A stretch of DNA of 62,998 nucleotides, counting the filler, from Octopus bimaculoides (lineage: Eukaryota), in assembly GCF_001194135.2 (NCBI RefSeq). It is 10 parts of 8 records of this genome, joined end to end, with 100 filler letters (N's around TTAATTAATTAA, not from the genome) between each part and the next. Parts side by side here need not be neighbours in the genome. Positions count along the whole stretch, not along the records: positions 22,113 to 26,093 come from NC_068981.1; positions 26,194 to 29,557 come from NC_068982.1; positions 29,658 to 32,523 come from NC_068982.1; positions 32,624 to 54,858 come from NC_068994.1; 6 more parts are not named here. One strand, 5' to 3'. How positions within the stretch are numbered: position 1 is the first letter of the stretch; the number at the start of each line of letters is the position of its first letter. The notes beneath the pieces were generated by a model. That model had not been told where the DNA came from. It did no database searches and was given only the letters and a program-made list of their open reading frames with translations. Below are positions 25,549 to 37,539 of the stretch, in pieces. The translations under genes and the position numbers were made by a program.

Positions 25549-26057
25549 GTCCAGCAGATGTTAACATAAAACTGAAAATCAGCGAAAAAGAAAATACCTA
25601 AGCTGAACTATTGAAAAATCTATAGTTACACTGCGCAGATTACAAGTGCCCTGTAATTATTGGGGCACCGGGATATGGAACGCACTGTCTAAGTACCAAC
25701 CTTGAGAAATTAGGCTTCTGAAAATCAGAAAGGAGAAAGCTGATTCAATGACAGCAGATCCAAGGTATCACTGAAACTGTAAAAATCTGTAAAACTTCCC
25801 AGATGTTTATCATATGTGTATATATGTGCATGTCTAGACAGGCATGTGCATGTCTCATATGTGCATGTCTCATATACATGAAAATACATGCGTACAACAA
25901 AACACACAAATCTGCACATATACATACATATATACATATATACAAACATAAAAAATATCCGGTTGTTGGTGAAATTCCAATGAAGGAGCCTTGGATCTAA
26001 GTTAAAGACCGGCTCTTTCTCTATTGGCAAGAAATTTTGAAATAAAACTGAATAAAG
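25545..26057 (+). mobile_element. 3' end of a REL LINE (subfamily 2), flanked by CATA repeats
   Basis: tgtccagcagatgttaaca...gtaattattggggcacc...ggtgaaattccaatgaagg...ggcaagaaattttgaaataaaactga; matches the minus-strand copy at 46105-46740. Confidence 0.75.
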
Positions 26058-26412
26058 GCATACATACATCTATATATATATATATATATATATNNNNNNN
26101 NNNNNNNNNNNNNNNNNNNNNNNNNNNNNNNNNNNNNTTAATTAATTAANNNNNNNNNNNNNNNNNNNNNNNNNNNNNNNNNNNNNNNNNNNNAAATTCT
26201 TATAAAGATTTTATCCTATATTATAATATAAATAATTAGAATATATTCAGTGCTGAATATTATTCTGTAAAAGCACGTGTTACCGAGATGCAATTTTGAA
26301 AAAGTGCGCCTCTTTCATGGATATATAGGGATGAACAGAAGTCATCGTACTATGTTGGGTACATCGGGGTATGTTGATTTTTGTTTATTCTTTATGTGTC
26401 TCGACCATACGT

Positions 26413-26482
26413 GCACTGATGAATAAAAGATGCAGCTTACTACATAGTTTTTGCTGTATTAATTATGAAACCAGTGGTTTGC
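26413..26482 (+). ncRNA. Type-I hammerhead ribozyme motif with extended helix II
   Basis: GCA-CUGAUGA-AUAA..AUGCAGC..GCUGUAU..UUAU-GAAA-CCAGUG-GUU/UGC. Complete core; helix III ACCA/UGGU; helix I only 3 bp. Confidence 0.6.
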
Positions 26483-27136
26483 CGTTAAGTTAAATGTTTT
26501 TAGGAGGTAAACTTTGAAAAAATTACATTCCCTTGCTTTCGGTAAATATGTTGCTTATTTTTTGGAAGTTTTGATTTATTTAGTCCCTTTAAGCGTGAGA
26601 CATTATAATATAGTAATGCCCTTATATAAATTATATATATAAATAATAAGGGTAAAAATTGATATTAATTAGATTAATATCAATTTAAACCAGTGACCTA
26701 GCATATTGAAAAAATGTGAAGATTCAGAAAATTATCTTACATACATATAAGAGGAATGACCACTAGCTGGACTCCCAATATGCTAAATGTAGACCCCATA
26801 TGGTCTGACCACTACGAAAAATTATTCTCAAGAAAATTCGGCAAACGCCAGAAGTGCTGCAATAATTGTATGAATCTGAGAGGGGAATAGGTTGAATAGA
26901 ATCATAAATAAATGATTTTCTTGTATTTTCTTTTACCTACAGCCAGGAAGTTTTTAGTACCCATATGTTTTTCCACTGAAGAATTAATATGTAACTTAAA
27001 TTTTATCCGAATATTTGTTGTAATATCTTAACATATAGAGTCTCTTGTTTCAGGTATACTGAGATATTCAACTCCTTTGATAATATAATTAGCTTTATCT
27101 CAAGATGTGGGGAAGTATCTTGACAAGTTCATATAC

Positions 27137-27532
27137 TCTTTTACTCTTTTACTTGTTTCAGTCATTTGACTGTGGCCATGCTGGAGCACCGCCTTTAGTC
27201 GAGTAAATCGACCCCAGGACTTATTCTTTGGATGCCTAGTACTTGTTCTATGGGTCTCTTTTTGCCGAACCGCTAAGTTACGGGGACGTAAACACACCAC
27301 CATCGGTTGTCAAGCGATGTTGGGGAGACAAACACAGACACACAAACATACATATATATATACATATATACGACAGGCTTCTTTCAGTTTCCGTCTACCA
27401 AATCCACTCACAAGGCTTTGGTCGGCCCGAGGCTATAGTAGAAGACACTTGCCCAAGGTGCCACGCAGTGGGAATGAACCCGGAGCCATGTGGTTGATAA
27501 GCAAGCTACTTACCACACAGCCACTCCTGCGC
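27137..27532 (-). mobile_element. Full-length SINE family B
   Basis: Minus-strand head aggagtggctgtgtggtaagtagcttgc...gggttcattccc, then gcaccttgggcaagtgtctt; nearly identical to 44462-44862. Confidence 0.92.
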
Positions 27533-29094
27533 CTATATATATCAATATATTATCGCATTTGATATATCGCGATATATAATTTGCTGTGTGTGTGTGTGTG
27601 TGTGTGCGTGTGTGCGTGCGTGCGAGCGTGCATGTTTCGTCTAGCCAGAATTAAATTCATTAGTCAGTGTTCATTACTGCTACACACATGAGTATTGTAA
27701 ATGGACTTAGTTCAATCAGTGCGTATGACTCCATCTGATTGCGGCGTCTTAAACTATTTACTGTTGCTCTGTTATCTTGACAACGATGACGTCATACTCA
27801 TAAGTGATTGTCTGATATTTTTAACATAATTTCATAAGTTAGAAATACCATTTACTTAGCTCAAACATATAACTCTCATATAATCATTAATGAAAATTTA
27901 CTTCAACCTGAAAAAAGTCAGATGATAGATAAAATAATTTTTGTAATATTACAACATGTAAATATATTAGTAGTAAACGATGATTTTGTTTACCTCAGGC
28001 CAGCTCGAGTTAAACAAGGAAAACTAATATGATGAAAGATGGTCTTTCTATGACCATCCTACCTTTTTATATATTTTGTATTTCACAGCATTCTCCAACG
28101 TGCTCTTTTTAAAAGACAATTGTGCATGACTTGAGAAAACGTTTGCTTGTTTCTAGCAGGTCTAACAGCCGCCTAGTCGTCACCCACGTTAGTTCGTAAC
28201 TTTAGATAACAATTGCGCTGTATTTATTTATTGATCAAGATGGATTATTATGACTTTGATTAATTCAGCTATTGTATGTTCTATGTTCTGCCAACATCAC
28301 TGGTGCAGATGATTGCAACAATAAAACGCAACGCTTGAAATGTTAGCATTTGCTAGTAATGTATTTCAAATTTTCTAACTTGAAATCCCGTTGAAGCGAG
28401 AGTTTATCTTCCTTAATTTATTTTTCTTTTCAAGCTTTCTTTTTATTTTTTGCTTTACATAATATTTTATTCTCATGGCTTTCGTAGATGCTTAGAAAGC
28501 AGCGAGGACAATCTGGTATATTTTGTTTAATCTTCATATTTTCATTAAATATTTTTTAATGTGGAGGCAAAAAGAAGGGCCATAGTATTCGCAGGCCTCT
28601 GAGTTAGTTAAATTCGAATAAGTGTAGACCTACGACTGTAGAGGATATAGCATGGATAAAGAGAGAATTATGAAGACTGACATAGTATACGCAAGGCTTC
28701 TTATGGATCACGAGAAGAAAAGAGACGACTAAATTGAGATTACCCAAGAGAAAACGGCATGAAATTAACGAGTTATGAAGAGTAGAAGCTACTGTAGTTT
28801 CAGTAGAAAAGGTACAATGAGAAGACAGCATGTCTTTGAATCAGTGGTTGAAATAATCCAACGTATGATATTTGTATGAAGATATGACAAAAAATATTCC
28901 TGTGTGCTGCGGCAGAGCTGTGCTATATGTACGGACAGGATTTCATTAGGACGGATTATATTACCTGCTTGAAATAATAGTTAAATAATCCTCAAATTAG
29001 ATACTCCTGTTTTAAAAGAGAAACAATGGAATGTTTTATTAATGTCTTAACTACTCTACGTCTCAAGAAAAGTTGACATAATCTGTTTTTTTTT

Positions 29095-29310
29095 TATATT
29101 TTACTTGTTTCAGTCATTGGACTGTGGCCATGCTGGCCAGCCCTTGAGTTGAACAAGAAAACTCCAGTACTTTTTTAGGTCTGGTACATAGTCTATCGGC
29201 CACTTTTGCCGAACCGCTACGTTACGAGAACGTAAACAAACCAGCATCGTTTGTCAAACTATGTTGGAGGACAAACACAATGACATAGACATACACACAT
29301 ACAAATACAT
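29095..29310 (-). mobile_element. SINE family B 3' half, diverged
   Basis: tttacttgtttcagtcattggactgtggccatgctgg...gccgaaccgctacgttacg. Confidence 0.8.
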
Positions 29311-29503
29311 ATATATATATATATATAAATTTGCACGAAGCGTAATGATGCTTAATGAGCATCTACCTGCTAGAAATAAGAGCCAAGTCTTAAATAATCC
29401 ACCGTAGCGCACCAATATAACAGAGAAAAACAGTATGCGAGGAAAACAGAAAGAATTAAAACATTTAACAGCACAAATAAAAATATTATGCAATTAGGGA
29501 TAT

Positions 29504-29557
29504 CCACAAACCAGGTTTCGGCTTTTGGTTATTCAACCTTGAGCCTCGTCAGTGTGG
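29504..29557 (-). ncRNA. Canonical type-I hammerhead ribozyme motif
   Basis: CCACA-CUGACGA-GGCU..GGUU(gaau)AACC..AGCC-GAAA-CCUG-GUU/UGUGG. Perfect helix I, G10.1-C11.1 helix II, helix III ACC/GGU. Abuts a gap. Confidence 0.8.
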
Positions 29558-29657
29558 NNNNNNNNNNNNNNNNNNNNNNNNNNNNNNNNNNNNNNNNNNN
29601 NTTAATTAATTAANNNNNNNNNNNNNNNNNNNNNNNNNNNNNNNNNNNNNNNNNNNN

Positions 29658-29710
<53 letters not shown>

Positions 29711-29840
29711 TATCACTTCCTGTAGGTGATGTGGCAAAAATATTAGAAAGCCAGAAACTACGCCTTGTCATCTTTCTCAAGGTCGCAGTTTTTTCTGCCT
29801 TTGTGCGGTTGCCAAACTGATTGCACTCTTCAAGTGCAAT
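29658..29840 (-). mobile_element. 3' end of a REL LINE with (GTA)n tail
   Basis: IALEEC...AEKTATLRKMTRRSF resembles the GALG...QKTALLGTARILR terminus; (TAC)n on + at 29658-29708. Confidence 0.5.
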
Positions 29841-29841
29841 G

Positions 29842-30712
29842 CAGGGTGTTTCCAAACATTTATCATTTCGCAATCTAATATATTTTCCAGTTCTTCTTCA
29901 AATGACTTGAAATTTTAATAGCATGTGTAGAAACAGGTTAAAATTTTATGTTCAATGTTGGATATATTTATCTTTCCAGGTATAGAAATGGCATTCATTA
30001 GAAGAGGAAAAGCGTTTTGTATGCTGGAGTATGCTCGAACACAGTCGAACAATTCTGTGCAGCGTGCATTTGAGAGAGTTCTCTAAAAAGTCACCAACGA
30101 CAATGTAGATTTGGACATGGCACAAAAAATTCAAAGAGGAAGGTTATCTGTGCAGGGCAAAAGGATCTGGACGACCACTAACATCGGAAGAGACGGTCGA
30201 GCGGGTTCGCCAAAAACTCTTGCGAAGTCCCAAAGTCCATAAGAAGAACAAGTCTGCAAACCCAGATTCCTCCAATGACAGTTTGGCGTGTCCTGAGGAA
30301 ATGCTTGCTAATGAAACCCTACAAACTGCAGCTCATTCAGGCCATAACGGCAGATGACACGCGAAAGCGCAAACATGGAGCTATGTGAAGGGCCTGGTCT
30401 GTGTCCCAGCTCTTCCTGCAGACCTAGAGGAACTCGAGCAGAGAATCACTACCGCACTGGAGACTGTTACCCAAGCGTGTTTGGGAGGAGATGGACTACC
30501 GGCTCGACGTGTACCGTGTCTCAGGCGGTGCGCATATTGGACACTTGTGAAATCGTTCATGGAATCCACATATCTTGGTATTTCTCACTCAAATTTGGAG
30601 GAATAAATCTTATGTTGCTCAACTTTAAGCCTGTTTAGTTTTACTTGCTTTGACTATGTAGTTTCTGTGATATTTACGTCTCAAATGATATCAAATTTTT
30701 AGAAACACCCTG
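29842..30712 (+). mobile_element. Internally deleted Tc1/mariner element
   Basis: TIRs cagggtgtttccaaacatt / aatttttagaaacaccctg followed by TA; HTH remnant WHKKFKEEGYLCRAKGSGRP and C-terminal DLEELEQRITTALETV; catalytic core deleted. Confidence 0.85.
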
Positions 30713-31706
30713 TATATCCTCAACAAATATCTTAACCGCCGCCCTTCCAAAACAAGGAGCCACTCTTCGTGGTCTGCACATCTAGCTTACCTCACGCTAC
30801 ACCATTTCGGAGACTCACAAACGTGTAAGCAAAGCATAGACATTTGGTCGATGTTATCACTTTAGTTCCATCTTCCATCTTTCATTTAAACGTGTTTTTT
30901 TTTCTATATCCGCATAATATTTTATCATCCTCAACAACAACATCAGTAACAATAATAACAACAGCAAGAACAAGAGAATTTACAGCTGCAACTAATTAAC
31001 TTACCCTATTTAATGTTACTTGTAAATCTACGTCAATAGAAAGCCTGACCGACTTAAGGCTAACTGACCTAATATTCGATCCAAGACTCAAATAATTAAA
31101 ACTGAACGAATCACAGCTATGACGATAACATCAACAGTAATGACTTACACGTTCAAATTTTGAAAAGTCTTGCATATTTTCACTGTTCTGCTAATGAAAT
31201 TGTATTTTTCCCATACATCGCATTAGTTCAGCTTTCACAGACTGTTACTTAAACAGCAGATTTTATTGTTTATTAGAATAATTATAAGTAAAAGCAACTT
31301 TATAACCTAAAGGTTTTCGGAACAACTGACCATAAATATTCTCATTTTCTATGATTTCGAAAATAATGTTCATACCCGTTACGTTACTCAACAAAAGTAA
31401 AGGATTTTTATTTTGTTCTTGCAAACAACTATATTTGACAAGTTATGGTTTGTATCAAGTGGACGTTTTGTTGTGAATGTTTCTACCAATATTGCTAATG
31501 TTACAATATATGAATGCATTCAAAGTCAGAAAAATAACTATAAATTTCTTGCTGCCGTCTTCCCTATATATATATATATGTGTGTGTGTGTGTGCGTGTG
31601 TGTGTGTGTGTGTGTGCATGCGTGTGTGTGTGTGTCTGCGTGTGTGTATGTGTGTATATGTATATATATACATATATATACATATATACACATACATACG
31701 CATATG

Positions 31707-31742
<36 letters not shown>

Positions 31743-31853
31743 TGTGTGTGTGTGTGTGTGTGTGTATGTATATGCATATATATAGTTTTCGTATTTGGTT
31801 TGCAATATTCTTTATGTGAATTTGTGTTGAAACAAATCTTGTTGTGTCTTCAG

Positions 31854-32202
31854 GGGAGGGGTTCATTATGCCTAGTAATAATAACACGCGCATTGGTTCA
31901 ATATCACTTCTTTATTCTTAGTCAGTTGGCTAAATATCTAACCAACTGACAAATCGATCATTCATTTAATGTACTGGTTAAACAATCAATCCATTGCTTG
32001 TTTTATCAAAGACTCAAGGCAGACCTTGAAGAGAGAAGGCACGTCATTGGTACTTTCGCAAACAAGCAACCGATTGATTATTTAACCAGCACATTAGACA
32101 AACGATTGATCAGTTAGTTGGTCAGATATTAGACTGACTAAGAATAAAGAAGTGATATTGAACTAGTGCGTGTAATACTATTATTGGTGTAATGACCCTC
32201 CC
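31854..32202. mobile_element. MITE-like foldback element with about 140-bp imperfect inverted arms
   Basis: gttcaatatcacttctttattcttagtcagt mirrored by actgactaagaataaagaagtgatattgaac; pairing continues inward (ctggttaa, ttgcttgttt) and outward (gggaggg / ccctccc). Confidence 0.8.
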
Positions 32203-32403
32203 AAGATATATATATATATTTATATACATATATAAATATATGCATACATATACATATACACATACGTACGCACGCACGCATGCACACACACACACACACG
32301 CACACACACACACACAAACACACACATAATAACCATTCGCCATGATTGATCGCTAGCCACTACACCTTTTTTTATTTTCTCTCTCTGCTTATTTCTGTGT
32401 TCC

Positions 32404-32438
32404 TTTCTGTCGAAGAGCGTAGGCTCGAAACGTAAAAG
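32404..32438 (+). ncRNA. Hammerhead-like minimal motif (A6U, extra A before helix II)
   Basis: CUUU-CUGUCGA-A-GAGC(guag)GCUC-GAAAC-GUA/AAAG. Confidence 0.45.
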
Positions 32439-32623
32439 ACTTTCTCACTTCCCGGGCGTTAAACTAATATATCTGTTTGTTGCTTACACACCCGTCTTCG
32501 TCTTTTGTCTTGTTTTTTTTATANNNNNNNNNNNNNNNNNNNNNNNNNNNNNNNNNNNNNNNNNNNNTTAATTAATTAANNNNNNNNNNNNNNNNNNNNN
32601 NNNNNNNNNNNNNNNNNNNNNNN

Positions 32624-32945
32624 TGGGGATGGCTTTCGTTTTCACAAGTCCCTCTTTTGTTTGGAGCTGTAGCACTGTCTGCCATTTGTTCATTGAGTGC
32701 CTTATGTATTTTATAATAATTGGTGCCACCTTGTTTATGGCTAGTGTTTCCAGAATCCACGTGTGGGGAACACTGTAGAAAGCCTTTTGGTAGTCCACCC
32801 AGGCCATACTGAGGCCTTTCTTCTTTCTGCGGCTGTCTTCAGTTATGGCTTTATTGATCAATAATTGATCTTTACAGCCGTATGAGCCCTTGCAGCATCC
32901 CTTCTGCTCTTCTGGAAACAGGTTGTTATTTTCCAGATGCTTACT
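32624..32945 (-). mobile_element. 5'-truncated R4/Dong-like LINE RT fragment
   Basis: EEQKGCCKGSYGCKDQLLINKAI...AWVDYQKAFYSVPHTWI; (TTA)n at 33002-33086 lies on its 5' side. Confidence 0.9.
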
Positions 32946-33001
32946 CAATCTCTGCGATATTATTGCAGTAAAACTCAATCTCTGCGATATTATTGAAGTA
33001 A

Positions 33002-33086
<85 letters not shown>

Positions 33087-33289
33087 GTCCTGACGGAATG
33101 CATGTATTTGTTCGCTCGTAAGCTTTTGCTCGAAAATTTTGTTTTCAAATGTTAATTGCTTATTTTGTTACCAAATGTTTATCCAAAGCACCACCTTTGC
33201 GTAGGGGGTTGCTTTGTGTTGTTAGTACCCCCTTTGGAGCCTGTAATATCAAAATAATTGTTCAAAAATTAATTTAAATAGAAAACAAA

Positions 33290-36200
33290 CCATGCCGAAA
33301 CAAGCCTTGTTGAAGAACATAGAAGAGGAGGTGAGAGGTGTTTCAGAAAGAGAGGTGCAAGACGCAGCAGTGCCCTCCATCCACTATAAACAAATAGAGG
33401 GTGAGGCAAGCACCCAACAGGTTTCAATTCTGGCACACTAAATTGCTGAGACACAAAAAAATAATAATGCCAACAACTTTAGCGACATCACAAACTACGA
33501 ACCAGAATTCCCTCCAATTCAATGGAATACTCCAACACAAAACACAATTCAGAGCAGCAGTATCAAGATCTCAGACGACTCTGTCACCACCACAACTACA
33601 ACGAATAAACAAAAGACAGCCCAAAGTGACAGTTTCTGGATCACAATCAACTCCCCCACTCACTACTACAATAAATAACATCGTTACAACAATATCAACC
33701 AAAATACGCTGCGAAAGTAGCGAGAAGCAAGGAATTTTTTTGTATGGCTCTGCTTCAGAAAGACATGTGACTAGCTGAGGCAGCTAAATTAATAAGACTG
33801 GAAAAGGCACAAGCCAGTATTGCCATCCTCCCCGAACTGTTGACAGAAGCAAAAAAGAAAACTGTGTTGTACAGATGCGTCTCCGTAAGCACGAAACGGC
33901 CAGAGATGGCGAGCCATGCGGATGTGGAAATGTCACTGAAAGAAATAATGACCGACATTCTGCATATTTCAAGATCAAAACATTTTGCGGGCATTTCAGT
34001 GCTCTTTAAATCTGAAGCTGTAGCCGCCAAACACTCCGTAGTTTCCTGTTGGAATGAAAAATATGCGTTCCATCCATCCTATTTAGGAAGGAGAATGGTG
34101 AGCATTAAGATCGCTGGGATACCACCAGAGGTAGACCTGTGGGGGATTCTAGCAGCGATCGTTTTAGAAGGAATTAACAACTTCTTGGAAGTGAAGAGGA
34201 CACGACGTGAAAATTGGTCTGGGACCAGTGTGGAGGTTTTCTTCGGAACATCTCGCTCTTTAGTTTTAGTGGGAGATTGGAAAGCCATTTTGGATGCATG
34301 CCTGGATAGGTTGGGGCTAGCCGATAGGAGAGGAGGGTGCAAAAGCCTCACAAACCTGCTCATTCGTTTCCAATTGGCTGACAGATACCGACTGGATTTG
34401 CTGAATGCTCCAATGTGGACATGGGCAAACAACACCGGGTCTTCCAGATCGTATTTAAATAGGATATTCTGTAGGCCAGTAGATAGAAGTAGCATAGGTT
34501 GTCCACAATTCAAAGTCGTCAGTTACACAGACCACAAATTTGTGGTCTGCACGGTCGACATAGATAAGATCCATAGGCAAGGTCCCGGGTACTGGAAGTT
34601 GAACTCGTCTTTCCCAGCGCGTCAAGCATTACAAACTGGGTTAGCAAGCTAGTCCATCGGAAGTTGGCGGTTGGCGGGTGCAATCGTTAACAGCCGTTGG
34701 TAGATAGCCCTAAAAAGGGTATTAGAGCAGAGGCAGTAGGATTTGGTAAAGAAATAGCCTTAGAGGAATCTAGGATAGAGGGAGAGCTAGTTAGGAAGCT
34801 AGATGAGGCGCTTAGGAGTGGCATTGCGACTGAAGTGATGACGGCGAGATTGGCGTTTGATCAATTCTTCAATGCCAAGCGTGCTCTAAGACATGAGGGT
34901 ACAAAAGCCGTTCGATGGGCCCGGGTGGCAGAGGTGCAACGTGGAAACAAAGCCACAATTCGGTCTTTGACTGACCGAGACGGGCGTATACTACACGAAT
35001 CCAAGCAGATGTGTACGGAATTTCAGCGGCACTTCACTAAACTGCTCGGGCGTGCGGTGTGTCGGGGATGGAGGGGAATTTCACCTCCTACATCGATAGT
35101 ATGCTGCGCCTTTCGGTCAGGGATGCGGAGTTCTGCGAAATGCCGATAACAGTCGAAGATATGCGGGACGCGATGACGAGCTGCACAAAAGAGAAGTCTC
35201 CGGGGATGGATGGTCTGCCCTTTGTGTTTTATCTTCATATGCCAGACTTGCTCGGTGATCTCTTGGTGGATGTCTACCGCAACTGACAACAGAACGGAAG
35301 AATACTCAGTGCTGTGAGCCGCGGCGTGGTGGTGCTGCCGAGAAAGGACCCGAACAAGGGGGATCAAATAGATAATTGTAGGCCCATAACTCTGCTGAAT
35401 ACAGATTATAAGATTTTGGCCACGGTGTTAGCCAAGAGGCTGGCGTTTGTCGTCAATAGGCTGGTCGGTGACGCGTAGACATGTGTTATCATGAAAAGGT
35501 CTATCCACAACTTCCAACTCATGCGCTACATCATAGAGAGGGTAGGGAAGAAACCAAGTATGAGTGGCGCCCTATTCAATTTGGATGAATCGAAAGCTTC
35601 TGACAGGATCGGCCATCAGCACTTTGAAGGTGACCTCGTAGCGGCCGACTTCTGTCCCGTTTTCAGAGGCTGGATCGTTGCAATGTATAGAGACATCTGT
35701 TCCGTGGTCAAAGTAAACGGCCGCCTATCGTAAATGTTTAGCATTGCTCGTTCGGTTCGTCAAGGATGCTCACTCTCTCTCCTTCTGTACGTGCTGGCTC
35801 TCGAGTCATTACTAAAGAAGTTGGATATTTCGAGGTGCATCTCGCGTGATCTAGGATGCAGAGGGTTCGTGTCGGCTTATGGGGACGACGCCACCGTAAT
35901 AGTATCAGATAGCTCGGAAATCGAATTGATCGACACTACTTTAAGCGAATACGAAGCGGTGACAATAGCAAAGATTAATCAGGACATATCGGTGGGCCTG
36001 CAGCTCGGCACCTGGAGAAGCAGGTCTATGTCAACCGACGGACAGACCAGTTAAATTTCTCGAGGTGACGAGCAGGGTAGCCACTCTCACCCAAAAATGG
36101 GCAGAGAGGAAGCTATCTCTGAAGGGTCTGGCGGAGGTGGCGAATGCATACGTCGCTTCCGTCATCTACTATCGCCTGACCATCGTCCCTTGCCCTGTTT

Positions 36201-37115
36201 CGAGGCTGATCAAACTAGAGCGCTTGCTCTTCCGCTTTCTGTGGAAGGGACGTGTTCCACTTGGCAGACGACCCATCTGCTGTCAACAGCCACTGAGTGG
36301 AGAACTGGGTATGCCGTGACTAATGATGCACAGACACGCTCTGAGACCGCGACATCTCCAGCGCTTTCTTAACGGTGAGCAGGTGTGGTCGCTGTTTGTC
36401 AAGCAGGATTTTCCGCCGCTCGTCTCATTGACGGAGCTACAGTCTTGGATCAAGCGTAGACCAAGAAAGGGCGCTTGTCACATGGAGTGTCGGCAAGCTC
36501 TCACAGCTTTCTGCCAGTCGGGTAACGCGGTCGGTGGAAGTTTTACTATGGAGTTCTATAAGGGATTAATGGAGGGAGAGAGCGACGATGTCTTGGGGGA
36601 AACTCTTGGTGTCGGGAGGGATCAATTAACTGCTTTTTTTCCGGAGGACTTTCGGGCTGTGGCCTTTGGATAACTACTAGAAATCGCTGGTCTGGCAGTG
36701 CTACCGGAGAGCTCTGCTGGCTCGAGTCAAGCTCTACAAACATGGAAGTGCTGCGAGACGGATCTGTTCGAGGTGTGCACAGTGCGACGAAACTGTCCTG
36801 TATACACTCGTCCAATGTCCGTGCATTAATAACTTGTAGAGCTTTGTCGAACTGCTGGTGTCGCGTGTAGGACGGATTCGGTTATCAGCCGAGTCCATCG
36901 TGAAAATCGCGTCGCCACCTTCCTTTGGCCGGGAAGGAAATGCAGTTTTCCTCTGTATGGTGGCTATGGCGAAGGAGATAGTGTGGTGGACTAGGTGGAA
37001 AGGACTGAAGACAGATACTTTCCTCGACTTTTTCAAGTTCCAGTTGAAAAGGAAAGTGAAAGTAAAGAGGGAAGTTCTGCTCCAGCCGGTAAAATTGTTG
37101 AATGGTAGGTGAATG
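33290..37115 (+). mobile_element. Near-full-length degenerate Tx1/L1-clade LINE (ORF1 remnant, APE endonuclease, RT)
   Basis: ORF1-like PSYLGRRMVSIKIAGIPPEV; APE motifs LVGDWKAILD, WTW, SYTDHK, GPGYWKLNS; RT KSPGMDGLP, RPITLLNTDYKILA, SVRQGCSLS, SAYGDD; many stops and frameshifts. Confidence 0.9.
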
Positions 37116-37189
37116 TGGAAAGATGACTCCGAGCTTCAAAAACTTATCAATGGAGAAGAAAACTAAACTCCAGTATGATTCGATGTTGT

Positions 37190-37480
37190 GAGTTAATGGG
37201 CGAGAAGAACAACGTTGCTGTTAAACGAGGGTAAATTTGAACTCATGCACTTTGGGAAAGACAATGTACTCAAACAAGCATATTCCCTTCCTTCAAGAGA
37301 ACTCATGGTATCCACTATCCAAAGCTTAGGAGTTGACAACAATCTCAGCTGGTGTGCTCACTTCAACAAGAAAGTCGATGTGGCTCCTCAGTTCTCAGAA
37401 CTTTCCGGTCCAGAGAGCCAAATGTCATCATTTTCCTTTGCTGATCCTTTGTTCGGCCACATCTAGAATATTGCTGACCC
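37190..37480 (+). mobile_element. Old CR1/L2-like RT C-terminal fragment
   Basis: LLNEGKFELMHFGK...QSLGVDNNLSWCAH. Confidence 0.65.
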
Positions 37481-37539
37481 TAATGATCTGTTTAAAAAGG
37501 AGTGTCAAACAGATCCACCGACGCAACTTACTAACGTTA

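Noticed and set aside
28945-28990. Minus-strand 42-nt segment with good splice sites
   Set aside because: Stops in all three frames; cannot be supported as an exon.
31149-31190. Minus-strand 42-nt segment encoding KTFQNLN, echoing the LRR exon
   Set aside because: Wrong length and register for an LRR exon; no acceptor at the 72-nt position.
33088-33140. CTGACGG...CTCGAAA hammerhead-like pattern
   Set aside because: A9 altered and no consistent helices.
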